The notes under the pieces were generated by a model. That model did not search any database and was not told the origin of the DNA. It saw only the letters and a list, made by a program, of their open reading frames with translations. The position numbers and the translations under genes were made by a program. 64,000 bases of DNA from Cyanophora paradoxa CCMP329 (taxonomy: Eukaryota > Plantae > Glaucophyta), in the NCBI GenBank assembly GCA_004431415.1, contig QPMI01000177.1, positions 1-64,000 on the forward strand, read 5' to 3'. This document shows, one piece after another, positions 1-12,038 of this stretch (the stretch's first letter is position 1; every line of letters starts with the position of its first letter).

Positions 1-34
1 GTCGCCGCCTGCTCGGCCGCCGGCTCCGGCTCCG

Positions 35-3000
35 CTAGCGCCGGCGGCGCCGCCGCTCCACCTCCGGCTCGGGCTCCGCCGGCGCCGGCGCCGGCGGGTC
101 AGGAGCGGCCGCCTCGCGCAGCGCCACGGAGATCGCTGCGCCGAAAGTATTAGAGGGCAGGGGGGGGCTGCAGGAGAGGCCGCCGCGCGGGCGGGGCGGG
201 GCGGGGCGGGCGGGGGCACCGCGGCCGCGGAGCTTGGCGCCGTCGAGTTTGGCGGCGGCGGCGCGGGCGGACTCGGGGTCGGCCATGAGGACGGTGGCCG
301 CGAACCAGCCGTCCCCCGCCTCCACGATGTCCGCCCGCTCCGCCCGCCCCGCCGCCGACAGGAACTCCTGCAGGGCCGGATGGAGGGAGGGAGGGAGGGA
401 GGGTGAGGCGGGGCGTCCCGCTGAGCGGGGCGGGGCGGGGCGGGGCGGGGTTGGGGGCGCGCCTTGAGGTCGAGCCAGCGGGTGGTGCGGGGCAGCTTCC
501 CGAGCACGAGCTCGCGCCCCGCCCGGGAGGCGGCGGCCCCCGCGCCGCTCTCCGCCCCCCGCGTGTCGGGCCGGAGCACGAGCGCCGAGCCCCGGAGCGA
601 CGCGCCCGTCAGGTTCCTCACCGCCCGCGCCGCGCACTCCGGCGTCCTGGCGAGGGAGGTTGGAAAGAGGGGGGGGGAGAAGGAGGGGGGGTACGCAGAC
701 CGGTACTTTGCGTAGGCCCTGCCCGTGCGGGGGCCCCCCGGGCGGCCCCCCTCCGTGAAGATCGTGAGGCTCGACAGGCTCCCCGCCCGCCTCAGCAGCG
801 CCTGCGGTTATTCAACGATCTTTGTTAAAGAGATCTAGTTCAGGGTTCTATGAGGGATCTTTTAAAAAGCTCTATTAGAGGGATCTTTTAAAAAGATGTA
901 TTAAAGGGATCTTTTAAAGGGCCCGCCTCAGCAGCGCCTGCGGGGCGGGGGTCGAGGGGCGGGGCAGCCTCAGGTCAGGGGGGGCCCTCCGCAAAGGGGC
1001 CCGATCTCTTTGGAGGACGAGATCGGTCCCGCACGGTCTCGCTGTTAAAGAGCTCTATTAAAGAGCTCTATAAGAGAACTCTATTAGAGGTCTCGCACGG
1101 AGAGCTCGTTGTTCGAGGCGTCGGGGGGGACGTTGAAGACCAGCACGCCCAGAGCTCCTCCCGCCCCCGGGGACCCGCCGCCAGCCGGCGCGGCCGGCCC
1201 CGGCCCCGCCTCCGCCTCCGTCTGCCCCGCCTTCCTCTTCTTCTTCTGCGGGGCCGGCTCCTGCGCAGCCGGCCCCGCCGGCGGCTCCGCCTGCCCGCGG
1301 GCCCACGGGACTCGGCTCTCCCTCGTGTGGAGCTCTACCGCGAGCCCTGCAAAGGAAGGGGCCGGGTCGGGTCGATCGGGGGGAACCCGCAGGGGCGGGC
1401 GGGCGGGGCCTGGGCGGGTCCGCTATCTTTCTTCCGCACCGCTGCCGCCGCCGCCGGAGGCGAGCGCCCGCTGGGCCCCGGCCGCGTCTTTCATGAGCAC
1501 CACCGCGCACGCCCCTGCGCGCCGCGTTAAGAGTTCAGGTGAAGCTGAAGAGAGGGGAGGGGTACGGGCGCACCGCCGCCCGGGCCGGCGGCGCAGAGCG
1601 TCGTCTGCTCCACGGGGCCCGCCTCCTTGAAGCGGTCGCGTACCCCGTCGAGGCGCGCCCCCGGGGGGAGGTCCCGGACCAGGAGCTGCCGGGGGTAGGG
1701 GGTTGGTTGGTTGGTCGCGGGGGTACAGGTCCCGCGAGGGGAACAAGCGCAAGCACCTGGCGGCCCTCGCGCTCCGGGGTGAGCTCGAGGGGGCGGGGGG
1801 AGGGCCGCAGGAGTAGCTGGCGCCCCGCGAGCTCCGCCCCGCCCAGCTCCCGAAGGGCCCTTCCCGCCTCCTCCAGAGTCGCGTACTGCGCAGCGGGGCG
1901 CGGTGGGCGCCGGGCGGGCGGGCGGAGAAGAGTCTGCGGGGTCCTACCCGAACGAAGCCGCAGCCCTCGGAGGGGGAAACGAAGGCCCGCAGGACCGCGC
2001 CGGCCCTCCGCATGAGGAGCTGCGGGGCGCGAGTCCGGTCGGATCGCGACGGCGGAGCAGGCAGGGCGCGGGGGGGAGACAGGGGCGGAGCACCTCGAGC
2101 TGCCGCTTGACGGTCCGCGGCGGCAGGTTCGCAACAAAGACTTCGCTCGTGATGAGACCAGGCGGCGGCTGCTGCTGCTGCTGCGTCGCCTGCTCGGCCG
2201 GCGCTTTGGCCTGAGCCGGGACCGGGGCGGAAGCCCGGGCCGGAGACGATTTCCGCTGCTTTGCACCGGCGGGAGCCGGGGCCGGGGCCGGGGCCGGGGC
2301 CGAGGCGGAAGCCTGGGCGGGGGCTGGGGCCGGGACCGGGGCCGGAGACGATTTCCGCTGCTTTGCACGGGTCGGGGCCGGGGCCGGGGCGGGGGCCGGG
2401 GCCGGGGCCGAGGCGGATCCCTGGGCCGGGGCCGGGGCGGGGGCGGGGACCGGGGTCAGGGCGGGGGCCGGGGCCGGGGCGGGGGCCCCCTGCTCGGGGA
2501 CGAGAAGGAGGGGCCGGCCGGCGAGGTCGGCCCCCGCCAGCTCCAGCACCGCTCGCGCCGCCGCCTCCGCCGATCCGTACTGAAGCGCCGGTCACGGGCG
2601 GGGGAGGGAGGCGGGGGGGGAAGAGCGGGAGGGGTAGCACCTCCACGAGGGCGCAGCCGGTGCGGCGCCCGTCCTTGTAGCGAACCGACACCGAAACGAC
2701 GTCGCCGGCCCGCGAGAGCAGCTCCTGCGCGGTGCCGCGTCACGCGGGGGGGCCGAGGAAACGGAAGGGGTACAGCTCACCTGGAGGCGGTCGGAGGAGA
2801 CGGAATCGGAGAGGTTCCAAACGGCGACGCGGCTCGAGGGGACCGCGTCGGGGGAGGGGGCGGGCGGGGCCGGCAGGGGCGCAGAGTCTGGAGGGGCCCT
2901 GGAGGGGGGCGCGAGAGAGGCGCGGAGGGAGGGGCGGGAGAGGGCGAAACGGTAGGACGGGCCGGGCGTGGTGGAGGAAGAGGAGGGGGAGGGGGAGGAG

Positions 3001-6000
3001 GCAGAGGCCTCCCGCTCCTGCCGCGGCGGCGTCGAGTTAGCAGTGAAGAGAGGACGGGACGGGGCAGGCCGGCCCTGAGCGGAGGCGGCGCACCGGGCTG
3101 GAACTCCGCTTGGGCGGGGGGTGGCCCTGCCCGAGGCGGATGCGCCTTCCGTCGAGAAGGGTGCGGGCGAGGGACTGCAGGGCGCGCCGCGCGTCCTCGA
3201 CCTTCTCGTACTGCCGGCCGGCGCCACCGGATCAAATTCGATCGACAGCGCTCGGATCAAATCTCCGTCCTCACCTCGACGATCCCGAAGGGCGCGCCGC
3301 CGCCCTTCTCCCGGGTGGGTACGTACGAGAAGACGACGCGCCCCGCCTGCTCCATGTGCTCCTGGGTACGGGATCAGATGGGAGGGGGCGCTTGGCGAGA
3401 GGGGGTACGCGAGCCTTCAGGGAGCGGTAGTCGGTGGAGGGGCTCAGGTTGGACACGAAGAGGCGGGGCGAGGGCGGCGGCTCGTCCGCCCCTTCGGCAG
3501 GCAGGCCGCCGGGTGCAGGAGGCGGCGAGGGCGGGGGCGGGGAAGGGGCGGCCGGCGGCTCGGGCTTCGGGGCAGGGGAGGGGCGCGAGGCGCCCGCCGC
3601 CTCGGAGGGCGTCTCCGGGCGAGCGGCGGGGGCGGGAGCGGGCGGCGGTGCAGGGGCGGCCTTCCCAGAGCCGGACGCCTCAACCGACACCGGACTACGC
3701 GGCGGCCCAGCCTTCCTCTTTGCGGCCTGCGCCGGATTCGAACCCGGGACAGAGTTGGGGAGCGAGCGGGCGCGCACCCGGACGGCCGCGGAGGGCTTGC
3801 CCGGGGCGGCGCCGCCGGAGGCCCCCGAGGCGCCGGCGGCCTCCTCCTCCTCCTCCTCCCCCGCCTGCGCCTTCGGTTCGCCCTCGGGCTGGGATGCCTC
3901 CCCCGTGGCGGCCCGCAGGATGCTGCGGAGCGTCCCCTGCGGCCCAGAGGCACGCGTCAGAGGCCGACTCTCTAGATCTACGCGGAAGCGGAGTCGGGGT
4001 TGGCGGGGGCGGGGCGGGGGGAACGGGGGCCACAGGCGTGCGTCAGGCTCCCAGCCATCTCTCTACATCTACGCGGGGGCGGGGGCGGGGGCGGGGGGGG
4101 GGGGGGGGGGGGGGCGGGGGCCGGGGGGTACGGGGCGGGGCGGGGCGACCTTCTTGACGCGGAGGAGGCGGGCGTGGGCGAGGCACTGGAGGTGGGAGCG
4201 GGCCTCGGAGGGCGCCCCGCCGTGCCGCAGCGCCCGCGAGAGCTCGTACGCGAAGTACTCGTCCACCTGTCAGGGGCGCGGCGTGAGCGCCAAGGATAAT
4301 AAGAGTTTAGGGACATTCCGTTTAGGATAATAAAAGTTTAGCGTCCAGGATAATAAGAGTTTTTAAGTACTCGTCCACCTAAGGCGAGCCGAGCGGCGCG
4401 GCGTGAGCGCCCGCCCAAGGCGAGGCGAGACGAGCGAGCGAGCGTCAAGGATGATAAAAGTTTAGGAAGAACACTCCGTTTAGGTGGGGGTTCATCAAAC
4501 GTTTGACGTTCAGCTTCTTGTCTGGGGGCGGGGGCGGGAGGGCGGGCCGTGGCGCACCTCGACGCCGCGGGTGCGGACCTCGAGCGCGACGGCGCGCGCC
4601 TCGGCCAGGCACGCCTCCCGCGCAGCGCCGCCCTCCTCTTTCGCCCGCTGCCAGTGCAGCTCTGCCGCCCGATCAGATCAAATCAGAATATTCTTCGGAT
4701 CAAATCTTCTTCGCACTGAGTAGGATGGAGTAGAGGACGAAGGTCGGCTGGATGCCGGCCTCGCGCATGCGGGCGTAGAGGTCGAACGCCTCCTCGTAGC
4801 GCCCCGCCGCCCCCAGGCCCTTCACCAGCGCCGCGTAGCAGTGCGCGTTCGCCGCCAGGCCCTGCGAGGGCGTCAGAAGAGGGAGGAGCGGGCTTAGTAG
4901 TAGTATATATATAAAGCAGTATCTTCCCTTAGGTTCTAGGCGGGCTGGGAGGGCGGGGGCGTACGGCGGCGGGGATGGAGTCGAAGAAGACGGCGCGGGC
5001 CTCGTCGACGCGCCCCGCGGCGCAGAGGGAGCGGATGAGCGCCGCGAAGGTCAGGTGGTCCGGCGCCTCCCCGCTCGCCCGCATCTGCAGGCCCCGACCC
5101 CTCAGCCGCCCGCCGGCCTGCCCTAGCACGGCTCATCTAGCCCCCCTAGCTCGCCCGCATCTGCGGGAGCCGGCCCCGGCCCCTCAGCCGGCCGCCCGCC
5201 CCTTCCGAGGCCCAGCGAGGCAGGGGGCGCCCCCCTCGCCCCCCGATTCGAGGCGAGAAAGGCGGAGGAGGGCACTAGGCGTGCCCGCGGGGGCGGCCGG
5301 TGTCCCCTCTAGCCCCTCTCGCCCGCATCTGGCACGGCGAGCGGCCCGTCGGCGGCCCGCCCGCCCCTTCCGAGGCCCAGCGGGGCCGGGGGCGCCCCCC
5401 TCGCTCGCTCGCCCGCCGGCCTGCCCTAGCTCGTGGGTGGGCTCCCCCCTAGATCTAGCCCGTCGGCGGCCCGGCCGCCCCTTTCGAGGCCCAGCGCGGC
5501 CGCGCACCTGCTCCATGATGAGCGCCGCGTCCGCCTCGCGCCCGCTCCCCGCCGAGCCCTGTGCCGCGCCGCTCAGAAGCGAGGAGGAGGGCGGGGGGGG
5601 GGGGAGCGCACGAGGAGGAGCGCGTTGAACGTCTCGCGGGAGGGGGCGAGGCCCGCCGCCCGCATCTCCGCCAGCGTCGCCATCGCCGCCTGAGGGGGAG
5701 GGAGGGCGGCTCGTCAGGGGGACAGAGAGGCGCGGGAGAGAGCGGGTTCGCACCTCGAAGCGGCGGCCCTCGACGAGGGCGGAGATGAGCGCGTTGTACG
5801 TCGCCGCCTCCGCCCGCAGCCCGTGCGCCCTGCCCCGGCGTGAGACGCAGCCGGGGGGGAGGGAGGGAGGGGGGTACGGGCGCACGGCATCTCGGCGAGG
5901 AGCGCCCGCGCCTCGTCGTAGCGGCCCCGCCTCGTCAGGCCCTGCGGGGGGGTACGGCGTAAGAGGGGCGGGGAGGGGGAGTTTCAAGGGGGGGTACCCC

Positions 6001-8156
6001 GGCGACGATGGCGAAGGAGCGCTCGTCGAGGGGTACGCCCTTCTGGGCGAACTCGCGGAGCAGCGCCGCCGTCGCGTCGATGCGGTCCAGAGCGCCCCAC
6101 TTCGAGGCCAACCGCTGCGCCGATTTTCGGTCGCAGCGACGGGGGCGCTCGGGGGGTACGGGAGCGGCGCGACCTGCAGGAGAACGTTCGCCGCGTCGGG
6201 CTCGTAGGGTACCCCCTCGTCCCGCATCGACCAGAAGAGCCGAAGGGCCCTCGCCTCGTCCCCCGCCGTGACGTACCCCTGCGAAAACCGCGGCCCCCGG
6301 CTCGCCGATCCGTGACGTCACGCAGGGAGGGGTACCGGGTGCGCACGGTGATGACGGGGGCGAAGGAGGCGTGGGAGGGGGCGGCCCCGCGGGCGCGCAT
6401 CGAGGCGAGGAGCGCCTCAGCCTCGTCCAGCTGGCCCGCCCCCGCCAGCGCCTGCGCAGAGTGAGGAGCGGGGCGGGGAAAGGGTGGGGAGGGGTACCGC
6501 GATGACGAGGTTGAAGGACTCCTCGTCGGGGGGTACGCCCTCGGCCGCCATCTCCTCGAGCAGGCGCTTGGCCCCCTCGAACTGCCGCACCATCGTGTAC
6601 CCCTGCGTTCAGGCGAGGCCGCGCTCAGGCGAACGGACGAACGTTCGGAGCCTGGCAGGATTCTGCCCCCCTCCCCCTGACCTTGATGAGGGCCTTGTAG
6701 GTCGGGAGCTTGGGCTGGAGGCCGGCCGTCCGCATGGCGAAGAAGGTCCGCTCCGCCGACTCGATGTCCAGCGCATACACGGCCCACTGCGCGCCCGCCT
6801 TCATGAGGCGGGCCTTCCTGGGGGGGCGGGGCGGGGCGGGCCTTCATGAGGGTCTTGAAGGTGGCCTCGTTGGGGAAGACGCCGTGCTTCTCGAAGGAGG
6901 CGATGAGCTCCACCGCCCCCTCCGGGCTCGGCTCGTAGACCTGCCGACGAGGGCCGGTCAGATGAGAGGCGGCAAGGGGCGGGGCGGAGGCGGCGCGCCT
7001 TGAGGAGGGTGTTCAGGGTCACGACGTCGGGGGGTACGCCCCGCGCCAGCATCTCCTGGTACACCTCCCGCGCCCGCTGCGGCCGCTTGCCCAGGATGCA
7101 CGCCTGCGCCCGACCTTGAGGGGGCCGCGCGCGGCCTGGCTTCGGCCCGGGGGGTACAAGCGTGCCTCGATCACGATGTTGTACATGTAGGTCGTGAGGG
7201 GCACGCCGCGCTCCGCCGCCTCGGCAAGGACCTTCTCCGCCGTCTTGCTGTTCCCCTCCCGAAGCGCCGCCGCGATCTGCCGCCGCCTCGTACCCCCCTC
7301 CGGGGCCCCGAGGGGGGGGGAGGGGGGGGGGCGCACCGACTTGCCCCAGGCGTGGTATTCGGGCGGTCCGGCGCCCTGCGCCCGCGGCCGCCTGGCCTGG
7401 ACCTCGGCCAGGGAGGACTCCCAGGCGCGGCGCGGCCGCCCAGCCTCCTCCTCCTCCTCGTCCGCCTCCGGGGGCGCCTCCCCGTCCGCTTCGTCCCAGG
7501 GTACGTCTCCCTCCTCGTCGTCCGAGCGGTCGCGCTCTCGGACGCCCCTGCGCGCCGGGCGCGCCGGTCCGCTGCGCGGCCGTCGTCAGCGCTGGGCGAC
7601 TCGCGCGGCGCCCCGTGCACGCGGGCGTGCCTGGAGAGGCTCCGCTGCGGGAAGGCCGCGTGCGGAGCGGATAGCTGCGCCGCTGAGGCAACGGTGCACG
7701 ACCAGCTGCGACGCGGGGGGGGCGCGTCAGGAGGAGGCGGCGGCCCCGCTCGCCCGCGTCGTTACGCACCTCGCTCCGGGGGCGTGGGGCGGCTTGAGGG
7801 AGGCAGCCGCGGCGCCGCCGCGCGCGAGCGTGAAGACAAGCTGAGCCCCAGGGCACGAGAGGGTCCTGCGCGCGGGCGCGGCTGAGCGGCAGCGGCGACG
7901 GAGAGCAAGGCGTGAGGCACCGGCCGGAGCAGACACATGCCTCGCACGCGACCTCGCCGTCCAGCACAATGCTGGCAGCTGGCTCCGCGAGGGCGGCTCG
8001 CTGCAGGGCGGCCGATCGCGCTGCGGCATACCCGCGGGGCGTCTCGTGATATCTCGCGGTCGGTGCGCTCCGGGCCGAGGGCTTCAGCGATGCGTGCGCT
8101 CCGCGGAAGAAGCCGCGCGTGAGCGGCCGCACGCCGGCTGCAAGACCGAGCGGCAT
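35..8156 (-). CDS. Multi-exon PPR-repeat protein with ~6 C-terminal RRM domains, probably organelle (mitochondrion) targeted
   Basis: Spliced PPR motifs at 4700-7300 (e.g. AREVYQEMLARGVPPDVVTLNTLLK, AKRLLEEMAAEGVPPDEESFNLVI, AFDLYARMREAGIQPTFVLYSILL). RRM starts at 35-3500 (RLFVSNL, RVAVWNL, EVFVANL..QYATLEEAGRALRELGG, LLVRDL, VLVFNV, LVLGKL..ARAAAAKLDG). Arg/Ala-rich N-terminus. The halves join in frame through GT-AG intron 4149-3937. Stop TAG at 35-37. Confidence 0.75.
2219..2480 (-). repeat. In-exon tandem duplication in an Ala-Pro linker
   Basis: GGAGACGATTTCCGCTGCTTTGCAC (AKQRKSSP) occurs twice ~102 bp apart among (GGGGCC)n repeats. Confidence 0.8.
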
Positions 8157-8665
8157 CTTCGTGTCGCTTCAGCGCAGCCTTGGGCTCCCGGCGCTGGACT
8201 TCAGCGCATCGAGCCGACTCCGACCCGCTTACTCAACGCGGCAGTCGCTGGCTCCGATCCAGGCTGCTGCGATTCGACTGCGAACGAAGCTGCCGGGTAC
8301 AAGCGAAACTTGTGCTCTAGGAAGCGTTCGATAGCGCCTTCACGCGGTTATCGCCCGTGCAAGCCCATCAGGCTCGCCGAAGTCATTCAGCTGGAGAGAG
8401 TGCAGGAGTGAGCTCGACGCGCCAGCTGGAGTTGTCGTGAGCCAGTTTCCGCTGCTCTGAATCCCCTACAGGCGTGCTCTCGCACGCGGCGCGGCATGCG
8501 AATCGAGGCTGATGTTTAGTTCCTGAGCAGCCTTTCGAAAGGCACGAGCACGACTCCTACGCGGCCGGCCGCTGGCGTTACATACCTCCGTGGCTGCGGC
8601 CCTCGTCGCTCCAGCAGCATGGACCGCCGCGGCGCCAGCTAGCCCTAGGCGGTACTTGCGCCATC

Positions 8666-9023
8666 ATGGCGCGGGTGTTTCCGACGAAGGATGACTCGCC
8701 GGACTCGCCGCTCGAGTCCCGGAGCGCCGAGGCCGTGCTTGTCATCCCGTCCCGCTACGCCTCCGCGGGCCAGCGCGGCCTCAACATCAACTGCAGCCGA
8801 TGGTCGCTGATGTTCAGTGCCGCGGCCCGGCCCGGCGCGGGCGACTGGGAGGGCTCTCGCCACGGAAGAAACAGCCGCACGGGGTCCCTGACCGTGCGGC
8901 GCCTGCGGCTGGAGGCGCCGCCGGCCTCCCTCGAGCGGCACTACGCGCTCTGCAACGCCGCCCGCCGCGGCACCTCCACCCGCTGGACCTGCGCCGTCGC
9001 TTTCCTCGCCCTCGTACGTCCCC

Positions 9024-9063
<40 letters not shown>

Positions 9064-11108
9064 GGATCGAATCCGAGCCGACCGACCGCCCACGCGCCCC
9101 GCAGCTCTTCGTCGCGTTCACGTCGGACAACCCCGCCATGTACCGCTACCTCCAGGTCGCGGTGGGCGGCCCGGGCCTCGCCGCCCTCTTCGCCCTCTCC
9201 TTCTTCCCGGCCGCCTTCAACAGGAGCTTCGAGGCGGCCGCCTTCGCCGTCGTGGTCCTCTTCAGCCTCTCGCAGCGGACGCTCTACGTCGTCCTCGTGG
9301 GCGACTCGCCGCACCTCCTGCTCGTCGCCCTCCTCGTCTTCTGGGCCGCCTGCTCCCTCCTCGGATTCCGCTTCCACGTCTCCGCCGCCCTCTCCGCCCT
9401 CCTCGTCCTCGAGTTCCTGCTCCCCTCGCTGCTCCTCCGCGCCGGGGGCGTGGCGGACGCCCTCGCCGCCTTCTCGCCCCTCGGGCTCGCCTCGTGCGTC
9501 ACCTCGGGGGCCCTCGCCGTCGGCGCCTCGTACCTTCGCGACCGCAACGAGCGCCGCCTCTTCTTCCAGGAGCTACAGGCCTGCCCCCGCCTGAGCCAAG
9601 CCTAGACGAGCCGAGCTTGGCTGACGCCTCTTCTTTCAGGTCGTACGGGCGGACGCGGAGGCGACGAGGCGCGGGCGGCAGGCGTCGGCGTCGGCGGCGG
9701 CGGCGCCGTTGCTGACGACGCCGCGCGGCGCGGTGGCCTCCTCCTCGCCCTCGTCGGTGGGGAGCCCCGGCATCGCCGGCATAGCCGTGCTCTCCAGCGA
9801 CGACGGCGCCTCTCCCAGCGGCAAGCCCGGCTCGCCGGCCCGCCCCCGCGCCCCGGCCCCGCCTCCTCCTCCGCCGCCGCCGCCGCCGGCCTCGCTGCGC
9901 CGCCGCCGCCACCGCTGCGCGCGACGACGCCGCGGACGGCGCTGGAGGCGACGGAGGCGGCCGCGGCGGCGCTGGCGGCCGCCGAGCTCGCTCTGTCCGA
10001 GGCGGGCTCGGACGGGGCGGAGGGGGCGGAGGAGGGGCGGAGTTCGGCTCGAGCGCCGCCGGCGGGGCCGCCGCCGGCCTCGACGGCGACTCGTCCTCAG
10101 CGTGGCGCTCGCGGCGCTCCTCCTCGCGGCCCGCCGCTCGTCGGAGGGCGAGGGCGGCGGCGCCGGCGCCTGGGAAGCCCCAGCGGGCCGCGCCGGCGGC
10201 GCGGCCGGCGGCCCGGCTCGGGCCCGGGCGCGCCCCGCCGCTCCGGATCCCGCGCCGCCTCGCACCGGTCCTCCCTCGCCGGCGCGAGCCGCCGCGGGAG
10301 CTCCCGCGCCGCTCTGCTGATCGAGGAGGGGGAAGCGGCGGCGGAGGAGACGCCCGGCGACCCGGCCGCCTCCGCGGCGGGCACGAGCGCGAGGCGGCGC
10401 CGCTCGCGGGCCCTGCCCCAGCTCCTCGTCCCCGTGGCCCAGGGCTCCGAGGAAGACGAGGGGTCGGTCTCGCCGGTTCTGTCGCCGGGGCCCGTCAGCG
10501 TCCGCAGCCTCCGCGCCGCCCGCCCCGTCAGCTTCCACGTGCGCCGTACCCCTCCCTCCCCCTCGCGCCCCCGGCTGACGCACGTACCCCGCAGCTCTCG
10601 GATGTCCTTATCTCTCGCTCTATGAAGCGCGCCAGCATAGCCGTCGCGACCGACGACGACGACGAGCCCGGGTCCGGGCCCGCCGCGCCCCGCGCCGGAG
10701 GCTTCTCCGCGCTCGCCGCGCAGATCGGCACCCCGCCCCCGGGCCCGCCGCCCGCCCCCGCCGCCCCGGCCCCGGGACCGGGCCCGGGCCCGGCCCTCCC
10801 CCAAGAGCCTCCTGCGCCGCGCCGTGCGCCGGCTCTTCTTCGGACGGCCTCTGGAGCCGCCGGAGCTCGAGGCGGGGTACAGGGCGTACTACGCCGACCT
10901 GACGTGGCGTCGCCTGCGCCTCCTCTGCCCCGCCCTCGTCCCCTTCTACCTCCTCACGGCGGCCGGCTCGGGCCTGCTCCCCGCCGCCGACCGGCACGCC
11001 CCGCCGCTCTCGGAGCTGGTGCGCCGCAGCGGGCTGGACTGGACCTCGAGCTCGGCCTCTGCGGCGCCCTCTTCACCGCCGGCACCCTCGTCGTCCTCGT
11101 CCGCCTCG

Positions 11109-11147
<39 letters not shown>

Positions 11148-11737
11148 CCCCCTTGCTTTGCTTCGCCATTTTGAGACGCGTTTTCTCGCCCTCAGATCCG
11201 GCCCCGCCGCCTCGTGCCCTACGGACCCCTCCTCGTCTCCATCGCCTTCCTCGTCGGCCAGGTGCCGTACCCCCCTCCCCTCCGCTCCCCTCCCTCGCCG
11301 ACCCTCGAGCGCGGCAGGTTTCGCGCCTGATCGCGCTGCGCCGCGTGATCCTCACGTTCGACCCCGCCGCCGCCGGCGTCCCCAGCCCCGAGTGGACCCC
11401 CGAGGTACCGCGCACAATCAATCTAGCAATCTCATCTCCGCTTATAACGTATTTTTAACACCAGTTCTGGAATAAGCTGAGCCACGTGGCGAACTTCTCG
11501 TTCCTCTCGAGCGCCTTCTGGCTCCCGCTGCGGGTGGCGGCCCTCAAGGACGCCGCCATGCTCGCCCTCGCCGCCGCCGTCCTCGTCTCCTCCTCCTCGT
11601 CCCCGCTCCGCTACCTCGTCCACTTCGCCAACTTCCTGCTGGCGCCCTCGGCCATCGCCGCCGTCGCGTGCTCGCGCTCCGAGCACAACGCGCGGCGGCG
11701 CTACTGCATCGAGAACGGCGTCCTCCACCTCCTCTGA
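8666..11737 (+). CDS. Polytopic membrane protein with two ~6-TM clusters resembling the M1/M2 regions of membrane adenylyl cyclases; no catalytic domain seen
   Basis: Two hydrophobic blocks (~8950-9570 and ~10900-11700). Each is preceded by an 'LE..Y' motif (SLERHY; ELEAGYRAYY) and followed by an 'E...RR.F/Y' motif (RNERRLFFQE; SEHNARRRY). The linker is low complexity. TGA at 11735-11737. Confidence 0.6.
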
Positions 11738-12038
11738 GTTATGCTTTCTGTTGGCTGTGCTTGCTTCAAAATGTATTCCCTTACTTATCTGCTGAACATC
11801 AAGGTTGACAGTAAACTAGGTAAATTTAGAGACGTGCTCGTGCTTTTTCGATTGCGCATTTCGAACGCAGAAAATGGGGGTCTAGGACTTCATTTGAACA
11901 CTTCAGCCTCTCCTCGACCTACCCTGAACCCCACCTTCCCCGCCGATCTCAGCGCTTGCGAGGCAAATTCGAGGAAGCGAATCTACTAATTAAACAAGAC
12001 TACATATCCTGCCTAAATCCTGCAGTCTAGAGTACAGC

